Part shown: positions 27,814 through 37,724 of the stretch, one piece after another | Numbering within the stretch: position 1 is the stretch's first letter | Layout of the letters: each line of letters begins with the position of its first letter | Assembly: GCA_017382915.1 (NCBI GenBank) | Contig: JAFNZJ010000134.1 | Coordinates: forward strand, 1-40,051 | DNA: 40,051 nt | Direction of reading: 5' to 3' | Source of the DNA: Clostridia bacterium | GTDB lineage: Bacteria; Bacillota; Clostridia; Oscillospirales; Acutalibacteraceae | The notes under the pieces: generated by a model | What the model was told of the DNA's origin: nothing | What the model saw: the letters and a program-made list of their open reading frames with translations, nothing else | Databases searched by the model: none | Position numbers and translations under genes: made by a program

Positions 27814-27887
27814 AAAAAAGCTCCTTTCGCATAGAACAAAAATCAAAATCATAGAATAAAATAGTATAGAAAACGGAGGGGTTTAAT

Positions 27888-28121
27888 ATGAATAATAATT
27901 TTAACGGCTCACTTCCACCCGATATGAAAAACCTGCTAAATTCAAAGGGGATTGACCCAAAATCGCTAAAAAAAGAGGACGCCGATAAGCTGCTTGGCTC
28001 ACTAAGTAAAAGCGATGCAGAAAAAATAAACAAGCTGCTGAGTGACCGCAAGGCGCTTGATAATTTTTTAAATTCAAAGCAGGCTGAAGATATTATGAAG
28101 GCACTGTTTGGTAAAAAATAA
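27888..28121 (+). CDS. small hypothetical protein (77 aa, lysine-rich, helical)
   Basis: ORF with GGAGGGG RBS. Its stop overlaps the next start (TAATG). No family recognised. Confidence 0.55.
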   Translation: MNNNFNGSLPPDMKNLLNSKGIDPKSLKKEDADKLLGSLSKSDAEKINKLLSDRKALDNFLNSKQAEDIMKALFGKK

Positions 28122-28501
28122 TGGAAGATTTAAGCCAAAAAATATCGCAGCTTTTAAACAGTCCCGACGGTATGGATAAAATCAGGCAGGCGGCCGCCAG
28201 CATATTGGGCAATGAGCCAAAATGTGAAGAAAAAGACCAAAAAAGCAGTGACCAAAGCGGTGGCTTTTCTTTGCCAGACGGTCTACTGCAAAATGCCCAA
28301 AATATGCAGGGAATAATGCGAATTATAAACCTTTTTCAAAACCGCAAGGATGATAACCGAATAGGTCTGCTTTTGGCGCTTAAGCCCCACCTGTCAAGTG
28401 AGCGCGCCGCCCGTGTGGACAAAGCAGTTTCGCTGCTTAAGGTGGCATCACTTTTACCTGTTTTAAGGGAGGAGGGCCTGCTTGAAAGCCTTGGCTTTTA
28501 A
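28121..28501 (+). CDS. hypothetical protein (126 aa)
   Basis: Translationally coupled to the upstream ORF. The C-terminal LLLALKPHLS.ERA.RVDKAVSLLKVASLLP pattern resembles uncharacterised clostridial proteins I cannot name. Confidence 0.6.
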   Translation: MEDLSQKISQLLNSPDGMDKIRQAAASILGNEPKCEEKDQKSSDQSGGFSLPDGLLQNAQNMQGIMRIINLFQNRKDDNRIGLLLALKPHLSSERAARVDKAVSLLKVASLLPVLREEGLLESLGF

Positions 28502-28510
28502 GATGTTTTT

Positions 28511-28855
28511 ATGACCGAAAAAGAACGAATTGATTTTGAAAAACAAAAAACCGAGGCCCAAAAGCGCCTTAATGAAATGTACTACGGCAGTGGCAAAAAA
28601 GACCCTGCCAAGGGATTAAAGGTACCGTCATTTATTAACACTAATGATACGGGTACAAATAACACAAAGCAAAATAATATGCCCAAAACCACAAAAAGCA
28701 CCCCACCAAAAATAAGTGGGCTGCTTAATATGTTTAATTTTAAGGGCATTGAAATGGATAACGACCGACTGCTTATTTTAGCGGTCTGTTTACTGCTTTT
28801 AGGTGACAGCGACGATGAACTTTTAATGCTGGCACTACTTTACATTATGCTTTAA
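28511..28855 (+). CDS. hypothetical protein (114 aa) with hydrophobic/acidic C-terminal tail
   Basis: The ORF starts 9 nt after the previous stop with no clear SD. The C-terminus reads DRLLILAVCLLLLGDSDDELLMLALLYIML. Confidence 0.5.
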   Translation: MTEKERIDFEKQKTEAQKRLNEMYYGSGKKDPAKGLKVPSFINTNDTGTNNTKQNNMPKTTKSTPPKISGLLNMFNFKGIEMDNDRLLILAVCLLLLGDSDDELLMLALLYIML

Positions 28856-29610
28856 TCAACCGCAATCCCTTTTATTTTTGCTATATGGTAAAAGGCATCA
28901 TCGTTAGTAACATTACCGTTACCGGTGATGTCTATTTTTTTGCCCAAAGGCATTACAGGTTCGGGCTTCAAAAGAGCATTAAAAACATCCTTATCGCGGG
29001 CGAAAATTTCTCTAAAATCACGGTAAAGTTGACCGCCATACCTTACCTTTTTTGCCGAAACTCCACTAACCTCTAAATCTAAACTATGTGCTAAATAAAC
29101 CGTTCTGTAAAGGTGATACTGCTGTGTTACCGCAATTATTTTTTTAAGCGAAAAAACCTCTTTGGCGCGGTAAAGACTTTCATAGGTGGAAAAGCCTGCG
29201 TGGTCCATAAAAATATCGCTTGAGGGTACACCCTTTTGTATGGCATAGGTTTTCATAACACCTACTTCATTATAATACTGACCGCCGTGGTCACCGCTCA
29301 TTAAAATTTTACCTGCCGCACCATCTTTATAAAGGGCTATTGCGGTATCAAGTCTGTCTTTAAGCATCAGGCTTGGGGTATAACCGTTTACACCGCAACC
29401 CAAAACAATTATGCAGTCTGCCTTTTGCCCGCTAACGCTATATTCCTCATAATCATACATATCTGAAACCGAGCCAAGACAAACAACGCCGTTAAGCCCC
29501 AAAATAACCACAAGGGCAATTATTACAAGGGTTGAAAACCCTTTTAAAACCGACCTGCCAACCCTTAAGGCGGGCTTTAGGCTATTAACTTTTTTATTTT
29601 TATTAGACAT
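28852..29610 (-). CDS. SanA/YdcF (DUF218) family protein
   Basis: N-terminal TM anchor. CIIVLGCGV.G..PS.MLKDRLD.AI.LYK.G.A.KILMSGDHG is typical of SanA-like DUF218 proteins. Confidence 0.8.
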   Translation of the reverse strand: MSNKNKKVNSLKPALRVGRSVLKGFSTLVIIALVVILGLNGVVCLGSVSDMYDYEEYSVSGQKADCIIVLGCGVNGYTPSLMLKDRLDTAIALYKDGAAGKILMSGDHGGQYYNEVGVMKTYAIQKGVPSSDIFMDHAGFSTYESLYRAKEVFSLKKIIAVTQQYHLYRTVYLAHSLDLEVSGVSAKKVRYGGQLYRDFREIFARDKDVFNALLKPEPVMPLGKKIDITGNGNVTNDDAFYHIAKIKGIAVD

Positions 29611-29714
29611 AAAGCATCCCCCTTTAAAGGCTTACAATTTATTTTACCATATTTAAGGGCGTTGGTACAGTACCAAATTGTAAAAAAATAATAATTTTGT
29701 TTGCCCAAAGCAGG

Positions 29715-29744
29715 TTGACTTTACCCCCTTTAAAGATATATAAT
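29715..29744 (+). promoter_or_regulatory. sigma-A-type promoter of pcrA
   Basis: TTGACT (29715-29720), 18-nt spacer, TATAAT (29739-29744). Confidence 0.6.
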
Positions 29745-29777
29745 AATTAAAGCACTTATTTGAAAGGAATTGCCCTA

Positions 29778-32159
29778 ATGCCCTACACAAAAGAGGAATT
29801 TTTAAGCCTTAGAAAAGCAATAATTGAAAAAGATTTTGACCGAATGAATGATATGCAGCTCTTGGCGGTTACCACCGCAAAGGGTCCTCTTTTGGTGCTT
29901 GCAGGTGCGGGTAGCGGCAAAACCACCGTACTGGTAAACCGCATTGCCTGTTTGGTAAAATACGGTGACGCATATAACAGCACCTTTGTGCCCCAAATAA
30001 GTGATGAAGATTTTAAATTAGGGCAAGACTTTTTAAAGGATGTAAACACCCCCCTACCCGAAAGGGCTTTTAGCGTATACCCCGCAAATCCGTGGGATAT
30101 ACTTGCCATTACCTTTACCAACAAGGCGGCAAATGAGCTTAAAAACCGCATTATAGCAAAGCTTGGTGATAAGGGTAATGATATTTGGGCAGGCACATTT
30201 CACAGTATCTGCGCTAGAATTTTGCGTAGGTATGGCGATTTAATAGGTTATTCATCACACTTTACAATTTATGATACCGACGACCAAAAAAAGGTTGTTA
30301 AGGATATTTTAAAGCAGCTTAATATAAATGAAAAAGAACTGCCCCCAAAATATATTTTAAATGAAATTAGCAGGGCAAAGGATAGCCTTATTACCCCCGA
30401 AGAATATAAAGCGGATGCTAATAAAGGCTTTTACCCAATGAAAAAAAGTGTGGCAGAGGTTTATTTGCAGTATCAAAAGCGCCTTAAAAATGCCGATGCA
30501 ATGGACTTTGATGATATTATTACAAACACCGTTACCCTTTTTAATGAGCATCCCGATGTTTTAGACTACTATGCCAATAAGTTTAAATACATAATGGTTG
30601 ATGAGTATCAAGACACCAACCACGCCCAGTATAAGCTGGTAAGCCTACTGGCCGGTGTTCACCAAAACATTTGTGTTGTTGGTGATGATGACCAAAGTAT
30701 ATACTCCTTCCGCGGTGCTACAATTGAAAATATTTTAAGCTTTGAAGACAACTACCCCAACGCAAAGGTAATTAGACTGGAGCAAAATTACCGCTCCACA
30801 TCCACCATTTTGGATGCCGCAAATGCCGTAATTGCCAACAACAAGGGCCGTAAGGGTAAAAATTTGTGGACAAACCTTAAAGATAACAGTAAAATTACCA
30901 TTAACACCCTACCCACCGAGCAGGACGAAGCCCGCTATGTTGCCGAAACTATTTTATCAAGGGTGCAAAAGGGTGAAAAATTTAATAACAGTGCCATTCT
31001 TTACAGAATGAATGCCCTTTCAAGCACAATTGAAAATGTTTTTGTAAGGGCGGGTATACCCTACCGCGTAGTTGGGGGACACCGCTTTTTTGACCGTAAA
31101 GAAATTAAGGATGTTATTGCCTACCTAAATGTTATTAACAACCCTAACGATTCGGTCCGCCTTAAAAGAATTATCAATGAGCCAAAGCGCGGCATTGGTG
31201 ACACCACCATAAAAAACGCTGAAGAGGTTGCAGATAATCTTGGTATTTCTCTTTTTGAGGTAATATCAAACGCCGCCGACTACCCCATACTTTCAAGGGC
31301 GGCCGCAAAGCTTGATGCTTTTTCGAAAATGGTTAATGAGCTTATCGATTTTTCTAACGAATTGTCGTTAGAGGAGCTATTTGATAAGGTCTTAGAAAAC
31401 AGCGGATATATAACCGCCCTGCGCGCCGAAGGTGCCGAATCTGCCGACCGAGTAGAAAATGTAAACGAGCTGCGCTCCGGTATAATTAACTATCAAAACG
31501 ATGCCGAAACACCCACCCTTGAGGAGTATTTGGAAGAGGTTGCCCTTATCACCGATTTGGACGACTATAATGAAGAGGATGATTATGTAGTTTTAATGAC
31601 ACTTCACTCGGCCAAGGGTTTGGAGTTTGATAATGTATTTTTAGTGGGTGTTGAAGAAAACATATTCCCCGGTACACAAACCATGTATGCAGGCGAAAAG
31701 GAAATGGAGGAGGAACGCCGCCTTGCCTATGTAGGTATTACAAGGGCAAAGCGCAATCTTTACATAACCAACACCTATACCCGTATGCTGTTTGGTACAA
31801 CAGGGCGCAACCAACCATCGCGCTTTGTTAAAGAAATACCGCCCGAGCTTTGTGATGTTAAGGGCAGTTATTATTCGGGGTCATATTACGGCGGTTCTTC
31901 CACCTCTTACACCTATAGCAAACCGCAAACTGCACCCCAGCCTGCAAAGGCAACCTACCGCGCAACCACCGTATCTACCAAAAAGGCGGATACCGTAAAT
32001 TACACCAAGGGTATGCGCGTAAGGCACAAGGTTTTTGGCGACGGAACTATACTTAAAACCACACCTATGGGCGGCGATTGTCTGCTTGAAATTGCTTTTG
32101 ATAATCGCGGCACCAAAAAGCTTATGTCCAACTTTGTTAAAATGGAAATCTTAACCTAA
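29778..32159 (+). CDS. pcrA: ATP-dependent DNA helicase PcrA (UvrD/Rep superfamily 1)
   Basis: ATG 29778 (AAAGGAA upstream; the track start 29760 is a TTG). Motifs AGAGSGKTT, TFTNKAA, VDEYQDT, YRS, LMTLHSAKGLEF and VGITRA. Confidence 0.93.
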   Translation: MPYTKEEFLSLRKAIIEKDFDRMNDMQLLAVTTAKGPLLVLAGAGSGKTTVLVNRIACLVKYGDAYNSTFVPQISDEDFKLGQDFLKDVNTPLPERAFSVYPANPWDILAITFTNKAANELKNRIIAKLGDKGNDIWAGTFHSICARILRRYGDLIGYSSHFTIYDTDDQKKVVKDILKQLNINEKELPPKYILNEISRAKDSLITPEEYKADANKGFYPMKKSVAEVYLQYQKRLKNADAMDFDDIITNTVTLFNEHPDVLDYYANKFKYIMVDEYQDTNHAQYKLVSLLAGVHQNICVVGDDDQSIYSFRGATIENILSFEDNYPNAKVIRLEQNYRSTSTILDAANAVIANNKGRKGKNLWTNLKDNSKITINTLPTEQDEARYVAETILSRVQKGEKFNNSAILYRMNALSSTIENVFVRAGIPYRVVGGHRFFDRKEIKDVIAYLNVINNPNDSVRLKRIINEPKRGIGDTTIKNAEEVADNLGISLFEVISNAADYPILSRAAAKLDAFSKMVNELIDFSNELSLEELFDKVLENSGYITALRAEGAESADRVENVNELRSGIINYQNDAETPTLEEYLEEVALITDLDDYNEEDDYVVLMTLHSAKGLEFDNVFLVGVEENIFPGTQTMYAGEKEMEEERRLAYVGITRAKRNLYITNTYTRMLFGTTGRNQPSRFVKEIPPELCDVKGSYYSGSYYGGSSTSYTYSKPQTAPQPAKATYRATTVSTKKADTVNYTKGMRVRHKVFGDGTILKTTPMGGDCLLEIAFDNRGTKKLMSNFVKMEILT

Positions 32160-32164
32160 AAACA

Positions 32165-32199
32165 AAAAGGCTGTTTTGCCAAACACAAAACAGCCTTTT
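32165..32199. terminator. bidirectional intrinsic terminator between pcrA and the binding-protein gene
   Basis: AAAAGGCTGTTTTG / CAAAACAGCCTTTT stem with a 7-nt loop and A/T tracts on both sides. Confidence 0.8.
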
Positions 32200-32216
32200 A
32201 ATTTAAAGCTTTATTT

Positions 32217-33083
32217 CTATTTTACCTTTGAAAGGTATGTTGTCATATCCTGCAAAACTGCGGTAAAGCCTTCGGCCGCAAATGCCAGAGCTGAAACATC
32301 AATTTCATATACTGCGGCATTTTTAACGGCAGTTATGGTTTTATAGCTTTCTTTGCTTAGAATTGCTTCACTGTCACCAATATTGCAGAATATAACATCG
32401 GGATTGGCGGCAATTATTTCATCATTGCTCATCATATAATATTCAAAGCCTTCACCAATGTTATTAAAGCCTGCCTCTTTAAGGGCCTCGCCGCCTAAGG
32501 TGTCACCCGTTATGGGGAAGTCGGGCTCAACAAAAACAGCAACCTTTTTGTTAACTCCATTATTCAAAAGCTTTACGCTTTTTACGGTTCTTTGAATTTC
32601 ACCGTAGCAAGCGTCATAGGCTTCAGAATAATTATTATTGCCTAAAAACAGCTTTGAAAGAGCCAAATAATATGGACCAATTTCAGAATATTTTGTAGGG
32701 GTTTCAAGGGTGACAACCGCTATATCCCTAAGCTTCATACTTTCTAAATATGATGCTTCAAGCTGACCCGGTACTATAACAACATCGGGTTTAAGGTCAT
32801 AAACCTTTTCAAAATCAACAAAACGGGTATAGCCAATATTAGTGATGCCTGCTATTTCGGTTTCTAAAAATTCGGCAGGGGCGCCCACCAAATAACTGTC
32901 ATAGCCAAGCGCAAATATTGCCGATGCCGCCTGTTCAGAAAAGGCAACAACCTTTTGCGGTTGCTTGGTAATATTAGTGCCGCCTACCGATACGGGGTAA
33001 TCATCCACCCCATTACAGCCTGCAAAGCAAAGGCAGGATAATAATATACAAAGCAAAACAGATAAATTTTTTCTAAATCTCAA
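32217..33083 (-). CDS. ABC-transporter substrate-binding lipoprotein (siderophore/cobalamin Peripla_BP_2 type), no cognate permease or ATPase in the window
   Basis: Lipobox LCFAGC. KVVAFSEQAASAIFALG, LKPDVVIV and the size are typical of the FecB/BtuF-like class. Confidence 0.7.
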   Translation of the reverse strand: MRFRKNLSVLLCILLSCLCFAGCNGVDDYPVSVGGTNITKQPQKVVAFSEQAASAIFALGYDSYLVGAPAEFLETEIAGITNIGYTRFVDFEKVYDLKPDVVIVPGQLEASYLESMKLRDIAVVTLETPTKYSEIGPYYLALSKLFLGNNNYSEAYDACYGEIQRTVKSVKLLNNGVNKKVAVFVEPDFPITGDTLGGEALKEAGFNNIGEGFEYYMMSNDEIIAANPDVIFCNIGDSEAILSKESYKTITAVKNAAVYEIDVSALAFAAEGFTAVLQDMTTYLSKVK

Positions 33084-33188
33084 AATTATCCCTCATTTTT
33101 CTTATTTGTTTAATTTTACTTCATAAATTAAAATATTTCAAGTGGTATAATATAAAAAACAAAAACATTTTTGAAAGGTGATGTCTAA

Positions 33189-34007
33189 ATGCCTACATCT
33201 GCCGCAGTTAAAGCCAGCGCTAAATTAGCACTAAAAGATAAATGGCCGACCGCCCTTGGCATTGGCTCAATAATATTTTCGGTATATTGCCTTAATATTG
33301 TAATAGCCCAAATTGTTTCAACCCTATTACAACCCATAGTTAATGAAGTTTGGCTTACCGTAATTGCTGTGCTTTCTATGCTTTTGTTCTGCCAGTTCTT
33401 TTTTGCCCCACTTCTTTACGGTGCTTTAAGATGGTTTTGGTTCGGGTCACTTGATAATGATGTATCGGTAAATGAAATTTTTTATTATTTTTCATCACTT
33501 AAACTATATTTGCGTGCCCTTTCACTTAGCGTTAGAATATTTACCAGAGTAATTGGTGTGCTTTTTATTTGCTTTTTACCCGCACTTATAGTCGGTGCCG
33601 TTGCATCACCCACCACCTATGAAATTTTAGGCTCTGAAATGCCTTATTGGGCAACCTATGTATGGATGCTTTTTAATGTGCTGGCAATGTTTGGCATAAT
33701 AATGTCCTTTATAATGCTGCTTAGGTACTTTGCCGCACCCATTTTAATGATAAATGATGCAGGTATTTCACCCCAAGAGGCACTTCATCTTTCGGTTATT
33801 ATTTCAAAAAATGCTAACGGCAAAACCTTTTCTTTTGTTATGTCATTTTTTGCGTGGGGTTTGCTTTCGCTACTGTATATTCCTATGATTTTTACCCTGC
33901 CTTATTTTATTTGCTCATACGCAATATACTGTAAAAATCTAATAGCAAATTATAATAATATGGTTGCACCCCCACCGCCAACCTTTACGGGATATAACAC
34001 ATTTTAA
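33189..34007 (+). CDS. DUF975-family integral membrane protein
   Basis: 272 aa. N-terminal A.VKA.AKLALKDKW..AL followed by about 5-6 TM segments, as in DUF975. Confidence 0.6.
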   Translation: MPTSAAVKASAKLALKDKWPTALGIGSIIFSVYCLNIVIAQIVSTLLQPIVNEVWLTVIAVLSMLLFCQFFFAPLLYGALRWFWFGSLDNDVSVNEIFYYFSSLKLYLRALSLSVRIFTRVIGVLFICFLPALIVGAVASPTTYEILGSEMPYWATYVWMLFNVLAMFGIIMSFIMLLRYFAAPILMINDAGISPQEALHLSVIISKNANGKTFSFVMSFFAWGLLSLLYIPMIFTLPYFICSYAIYCKNLIANYNNMVAPPPPTFTGYNTF

Positions 34008-34013
34008 AAAATT

Positions 34014-34039
34014 AAGCCCTTGAAAATTCAAGGGCTTTT
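34014..34039. terminator. bidirectional hairpin terminator
   Basis: AAGCCCTTGAAAATTCAAGGGCTT is a near-perfect palindrome, flanked by AAAAATT and TTTA. Confidence 0.7.
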
Positions 34040-34040
34040 A

Positions 34041-34358
34041 TTATGCTATAAATATTTCTGCTACAAGCACTGCTGCCGAAACCAGCACCGCAATTACCGA
34101 AACCTTAAACAAGCTTTTACCAAAAAACGCAAGCAAAACTGCGGCAGCAAAGCCCGCTGCACCCGAAAGCAAATTACCTGTTGAATCAAGTATTGCAGGG
34201 AAGGTCATAACCGAAAGTGTAACATACGGCACATAATATAAAAAGGAACGGATAAATGTATTGGTTATTTCCTTTTTAATTAAGGTAAGCGGTATCATAC
34301 GAATAAGGTATGTAACAAGTGCCATTACCGCAATGTAAATATAAATATTACCACCCAT
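34041..34358 (-). CDS. azlD: AzlD branched-chain amino acid transport protein
   Basis: 105 aa, 3-4 TM segments, LIR..PL motif. The azlC stop overlaps its start. Confidence 0.8.
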   Translation of the reverse strand: MGGNIYIYIAVMALVTYLIRMIPLTLIKKEITNTFIRSFLYYVPYVTLSVMTFPAILDSTGNLLSGAAGFAAAVLLAFFGKSLFKVSVIAVLVSAAVLVAEIFIA

Positions 34359-35140
34359 TAGGCAACCTCCCCTTCTTCATTTTTAACGGGGAAAAGTATT
34401 GCAGCGACAGATGCTATAATAATCGTTAAAATAATAATTCTAAAGCCCTGCGAAATTTGGCAAAGTATGGGTAGCTTGGCAAAGGCAAGACTTAAAAGCA
34501 TTGAAATTACCACTATGCCTGCAATTTTTTTAGATTTGCGGGCGGGCGGAATTATAATTGCAATAAACATACCATAAAGGGCAATGCTAAGCGATGCAAC
34601 AATTTTTTGCGCCGCCAAGGTGGGGTTTGCAAGTGCCGTGCCAAACATAGCCGTAAAAAGCTGACCCAACGCAATAGGCAAAAGGTTGCCAAAAACAACG
34701 CCCAAAAAGGTGCCAAGCGTCCAACCCGGAATAGCCGCGCTCATAAGACCGTAACTGTAATATGGGTTTAATTTGCCGCTAACGCTTACCGAAACACCGA
34801 AAATTTCATCGGTTACACCAAATGCCATTATAAAACGATGCCAAAACGGCATTTTACTTGATAGCTTTTGCGATAAGGCCGATGACATAAGGCAATACCT
34901 TAAATTTATTATTAACTGTGTAAAGGCCATTTCAAAATATGTGGCAGAGGTTGCAATAACATTAAGTGCTGCAAACTGCCCCGCCGATGTAAGGTTGGTG
35001 GCAGAAATAAGCACCGACTGCAGTGATGATACCCCTGCATTTTTAGCCGATATACCAAAAGTAAATGAAACTGCAAGGTAGCCTAAAAATATGGGTATTC
35101 CGTCCTTAAGGCCCTTTTTCCAAAACTTAAATCTTTGCAA
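34358..35140 (-). CDS. azlC: AzlC-family branched-chain amino acid permease subunit
   Basis: 260 aa polytopic membrane protein. GIPIFLGY..VSF.FG and TSAGQFA motifs. Confidence 0.85.
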   Translation of the reverse strand: MQRFKFWKKGLKDGIPIFLGYLAVSFTFGISAKNAGVSSLQSVLISATNLTSAGQFAALNVIATSATYFEMAFTQLIINLRYCLMSSALSQKLSSKMPFWHRFIMAFGVTDEIFGVSVSVSGKLNPYYSYGLMSAAIPGWTLGTFLGVVFGNLLPIALGQLFTAMFGTALANPTLAAQKIVASLSIALYGMFIAIIIPPARKSKKIAGIVVISMLLSLAFAKLPILCQISQGFRIIILTIIIASVAAILFPVKNEEGEVA

Positions 35141-35206
35141 AATAATTACTTCCTCTTAAAAAACTTCATTTATTTTAACACATCAAATAGATTTTGTAAA
35201 TAAAAA

Positions 35207-35238
35207 TAAAAAACTGTTGCTTTTCAGCAACAGTTTTT
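35207..35238 (-). terminator. intrinsic terminator after PBP1A gene
   Basis: AAAAAACTGTTGC-TTTTCA-GCAACAGTTTTTT; a T-run follows on the minus strand. Confidence 0.8.
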
Positions 35239-35246
35239 TCGTTTAG

Positions 35247-37724
35247 TTACTGGGGTTTTGATGCAGTTTCGGTCGTGCTTGTTGTTTCGTCCGGTTTTGA
35301 AGTGTTAGTAACCGGTGGTGTCGATGTGGCAGGCTGACTGGTGGTGGGTGTTGTAGTGCTTGGCTTGGATGTTGCATTTGATGAGGTATTAGCCTTTGAT
35401 GCATCAATTTCACCCAAGACGGTACCACCGTGTACCGAACAGGGCCTGATTTGACTTGTTTTATAATATCCAACTGCGGTATTTGTGCATTTTTCGGTAG
35501 CAATGCCGCCCGAAGCGGTGCAGTATTTACGGCAGGTTACAAGCTCACTGGTGGGGAATTTTTTGCCGGTATCAAGACCTTTATGAATATCACGCATAAT
35601 GTTACCCCAAACCTTACGTGCCGAGTTGCCTGCTGTAACCTTTTGAGGTTGGTCATAGCCGTACCAGCAGGATGCTACATAGTAAGGGGTGCCACCCGCA
35701 AACCAAAGGTTGTGGCTATCATCGGTGGTACCGGTTTTACCAAAGACCTTCATTGTGGGTAAATAACTGCGAATGCTGGTACCTGTACCGTGATTAACAA
35801 CATTTTGAAGCATATGATTCATAATAACTGCGGTATCTTCAGCCATTGCTATTTTTGCATTAGCCTCACCATCTAAAATAACATCGCCATAATGGTTGGT
35901 TACTTTGGTATAGAAGGTAGGCTCATAATATTTACCCATATTGCCAAAGGTTGCAAATGCGGCGCAGGATTCCAGCGTGGTTATACCCTTATAGCTACCG
36001 CCCAAAGCAAGCGATGAATAGGTGTGGTCACCCGCTTCGGTAGTGCCATCTGCATTTTTAAAGGGGGCAACAAAGTTTTTAATACCCATATCATTAACGG
36101 CGTGGTTAAATACCGCCTCAATGCCCAGCTTTTCGGTAAGCTGAACGGGTATGGTATTATATGACCTTTGAAGCGCATAAGTCATAGTAACATTTTTGTT
36201 GGTTGTGGAGCCGCCTGCATTTTTGGGCCACTTAACCTTTTGACCCTTTTCATTGGTAATGGTCATGGTAGGCTCATCCTTAAGCATGGATGAATAGGTT
36301 ATTAAATTTTGGTCCAAGGCAAGCGAATAAACAGTAATAGGTTTAATGGATGAACCGGGCTGGCGCGGAGAAGATGTTGCACGGTTTAGCGCGCGGTTAC
36401 CTGTTTTTTCACCAACGCCGCCGCTTATACCAACAACATGACCGTTATAATCCATAATGGTTATTGATGACTGCGCCCTAACACCCTTACTGTTTTTAAG
36501 GAAGTTAGATTCATTTGAATAGTATTTATCAATGGTTGCCTGAATTTTGGGGTCCATTGTGCAGTAAATGTTATAACCGCCATTGTAGAAATTCTGCTCA
36601 GCATAGGTTTTATCACAGTTAAGCTTTTGCACAAGGTCATCAACAACATCATCTATAAGAGCATCAACAAAGTAGTTGTTAATCGAAATTTCTTTAATGG
36701 CATCCTTATTGGCTACTATCTTAACATCTTCATTAAGGGCTGCCTCATACTCCTGCTCGGTTATATAGCCAAGCTCCAGCATTTTCCCTAAAACCAATTT
36801 GCGACGCTCAGCATTTTTTTCAGGATATTTATCGGGTCTGTAGCGCTCAGGCTCCTTAACAATAGCGGCAAGACCTGCACACTCGGCAATGGTCAACTCA
36901 TTTACACTTTTATTGTAATAATAGTTTGATGCAACCTCAACACCGCCAATGCCGTTAGCAAAGGTAATGGTGTTAAGATAACACTCTAAAATGGTATCTT
37001 TATCAACCGTGCTTTCAATTTTACGGGCACGCATAATTTCCCTGACCTTACGCATTGCAGACTGCTGTTTATCCTGCGTTAGGTTTTTAACCAACTGCTG
37101 GGTAATGGTTGAACCACCCTGATTTGAAGAATAAAGGTCCACAAACATATTTAAGAATGCACCGAAGGTACGCTTCCAGTCAACACCGCCGTGGGTATAA
37201 AAGCGCTCATCCTCAATGGCTACAAAGGAATCTGCCAACCTTTTGGGGATACCCTTATAATTGGGGTCTTCAGATTCGGCCATGATTTTATCATAGTTAA
37301 CCCATATGCGGTTTTCTGAGCCGTGTAAACGCTGGTATTCAACATAATTGTTGGTTTTTGCGTCCTTAACATAAACTGTGGTGGTATAGTTAAGCTCTAA
37401 ATCGTAAAGGTTTTCTTCAATGTTATCATCAACAAAGCCAAAAACATAAATCATAAAGGCGCCAATAACTATACAAAAGGTAATTATACCTATAAGACAG
37501 GTCATAAGTGCGCCCTTAAGTATTTTTTGCTTTAAGGTTTTGGGCACCTTGCCATCCTTGCCTTTTTTACCCCTTACGGGTTTTTCATCGGCAGTTTTAC
37601 CTTTGGCAAAACTATTTAAATCTAATTGATTTTCAGAATTACTGAATAGGTCTTCGGTCTGATTTGAGGATGATAATATATCATCATTTTCTTCAAAAAA
37701 CGGACTTTGATAATCTTTGCTCAT
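35247..37724 (-). CDS. class A penicillin-binding protein (PBP1A family glycosyltransferase/transpeptidase)
   Basis: 825 aa. GT51 motifs (EDERFYTHGGVD, GGSTITQQL, RKVRE) and transpeptidase motifs SSIKP, SYN and KTGT. Long charged N-terminal cytoplasmic tail and S/T/P-rich C-terminal tail. Confidence 0.92.
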   Translation of the reverse strand: MSKDYQSPFFEENDDILSSSNQTEDLFSNSENQLDLNSFAKGKTADEKPVRGKKGKDGKVPKTLKQKILKGALMTCLIGIITFCIVIGAFMIYVFGFVDDNIEENLYDLELNYTTTVYVKDAKTNNYVEYQRLHGSENRIWVNYDKIMAESEDPNYKGIPKRLADSFVAIEDERFYTHGGVDWKRTFGAFLNMFVDLYSSNQGGSTITQQLVKNLTQDKQQSAMRKVREIMRARKIESTVDKDTILECYLNTITFANGIGGVEVASNYYYNKSVNELTIAECAGLAAIVKEPERYRPDKYPEKNAERRKLVLGKMLELGYITEQEYEAALNEDVKIVANKDAIKEISINNYFVDALIDDVVDDLVQKLNCDKTYAEQNFYNGGYNIYCTMDPKIQATIDKYYSNESNFLKNSKGVRAQSSITIMDYNGHVVGISGGVGEKTGNRALNRATSSPRQPGSSIKPITVYSLALDQNLITYSSMLKDEPTMTITNEKGQKVKWPKNAGGSTTNKNVTMTYALQRSYNTIPVQLTEKLGIEAVFNHAVNDMGIKNFVAPFKNADGTTEAGDHTYSSLALGGSYKGITTLESCAAFATFGNMGKYYEPTFYTKVTNHYGDVILDGEANAKIAMAEDTAVIMNHMLQNVVNHGTGTSIRSYLPTMKVFGKTGTTDDSHNLWFAGGTPYYVASCWYGYDQPQKVTAGNSARKVWGNIMRDIHKGLDTGKKFPTSELVTCRKYCTASGGIATEKCTNTAVGYYKTSQIRPCSVHGGTVLGEIDASKANTSSNATSKPSTTTPTTSQPATSTPPVTNTSKPDETTSTTETASKPQ

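Noticed and set aside
28852-28855. 4-nt overlap of convergent stop codons (small ORF and sanA-like gene) with no terminator between them
   Set aside because: This is a simple TTAA stop/stop overlap. It is notable only as compact gene packing, and no extra feature is supported.
29663-29677. Palindrome TTGGTACAGTACCAA upstream of pcrA as a LexA/SOS box
   Set aside because: It does not match the Firmicute LexA consensus (CGAAC-N4-GTTCG) and lies about 40 nt upstream of the -35. The evidence is insufficient.
35243-35503. 86-aa ORF and repetitive ACC/ACT-rich sequence at the 3' end of the PBP1A gene
   Set aside because: It is an alternative frame of the S/T/P-rich C-terminal tail of PBP1A. There is no independent start signal.
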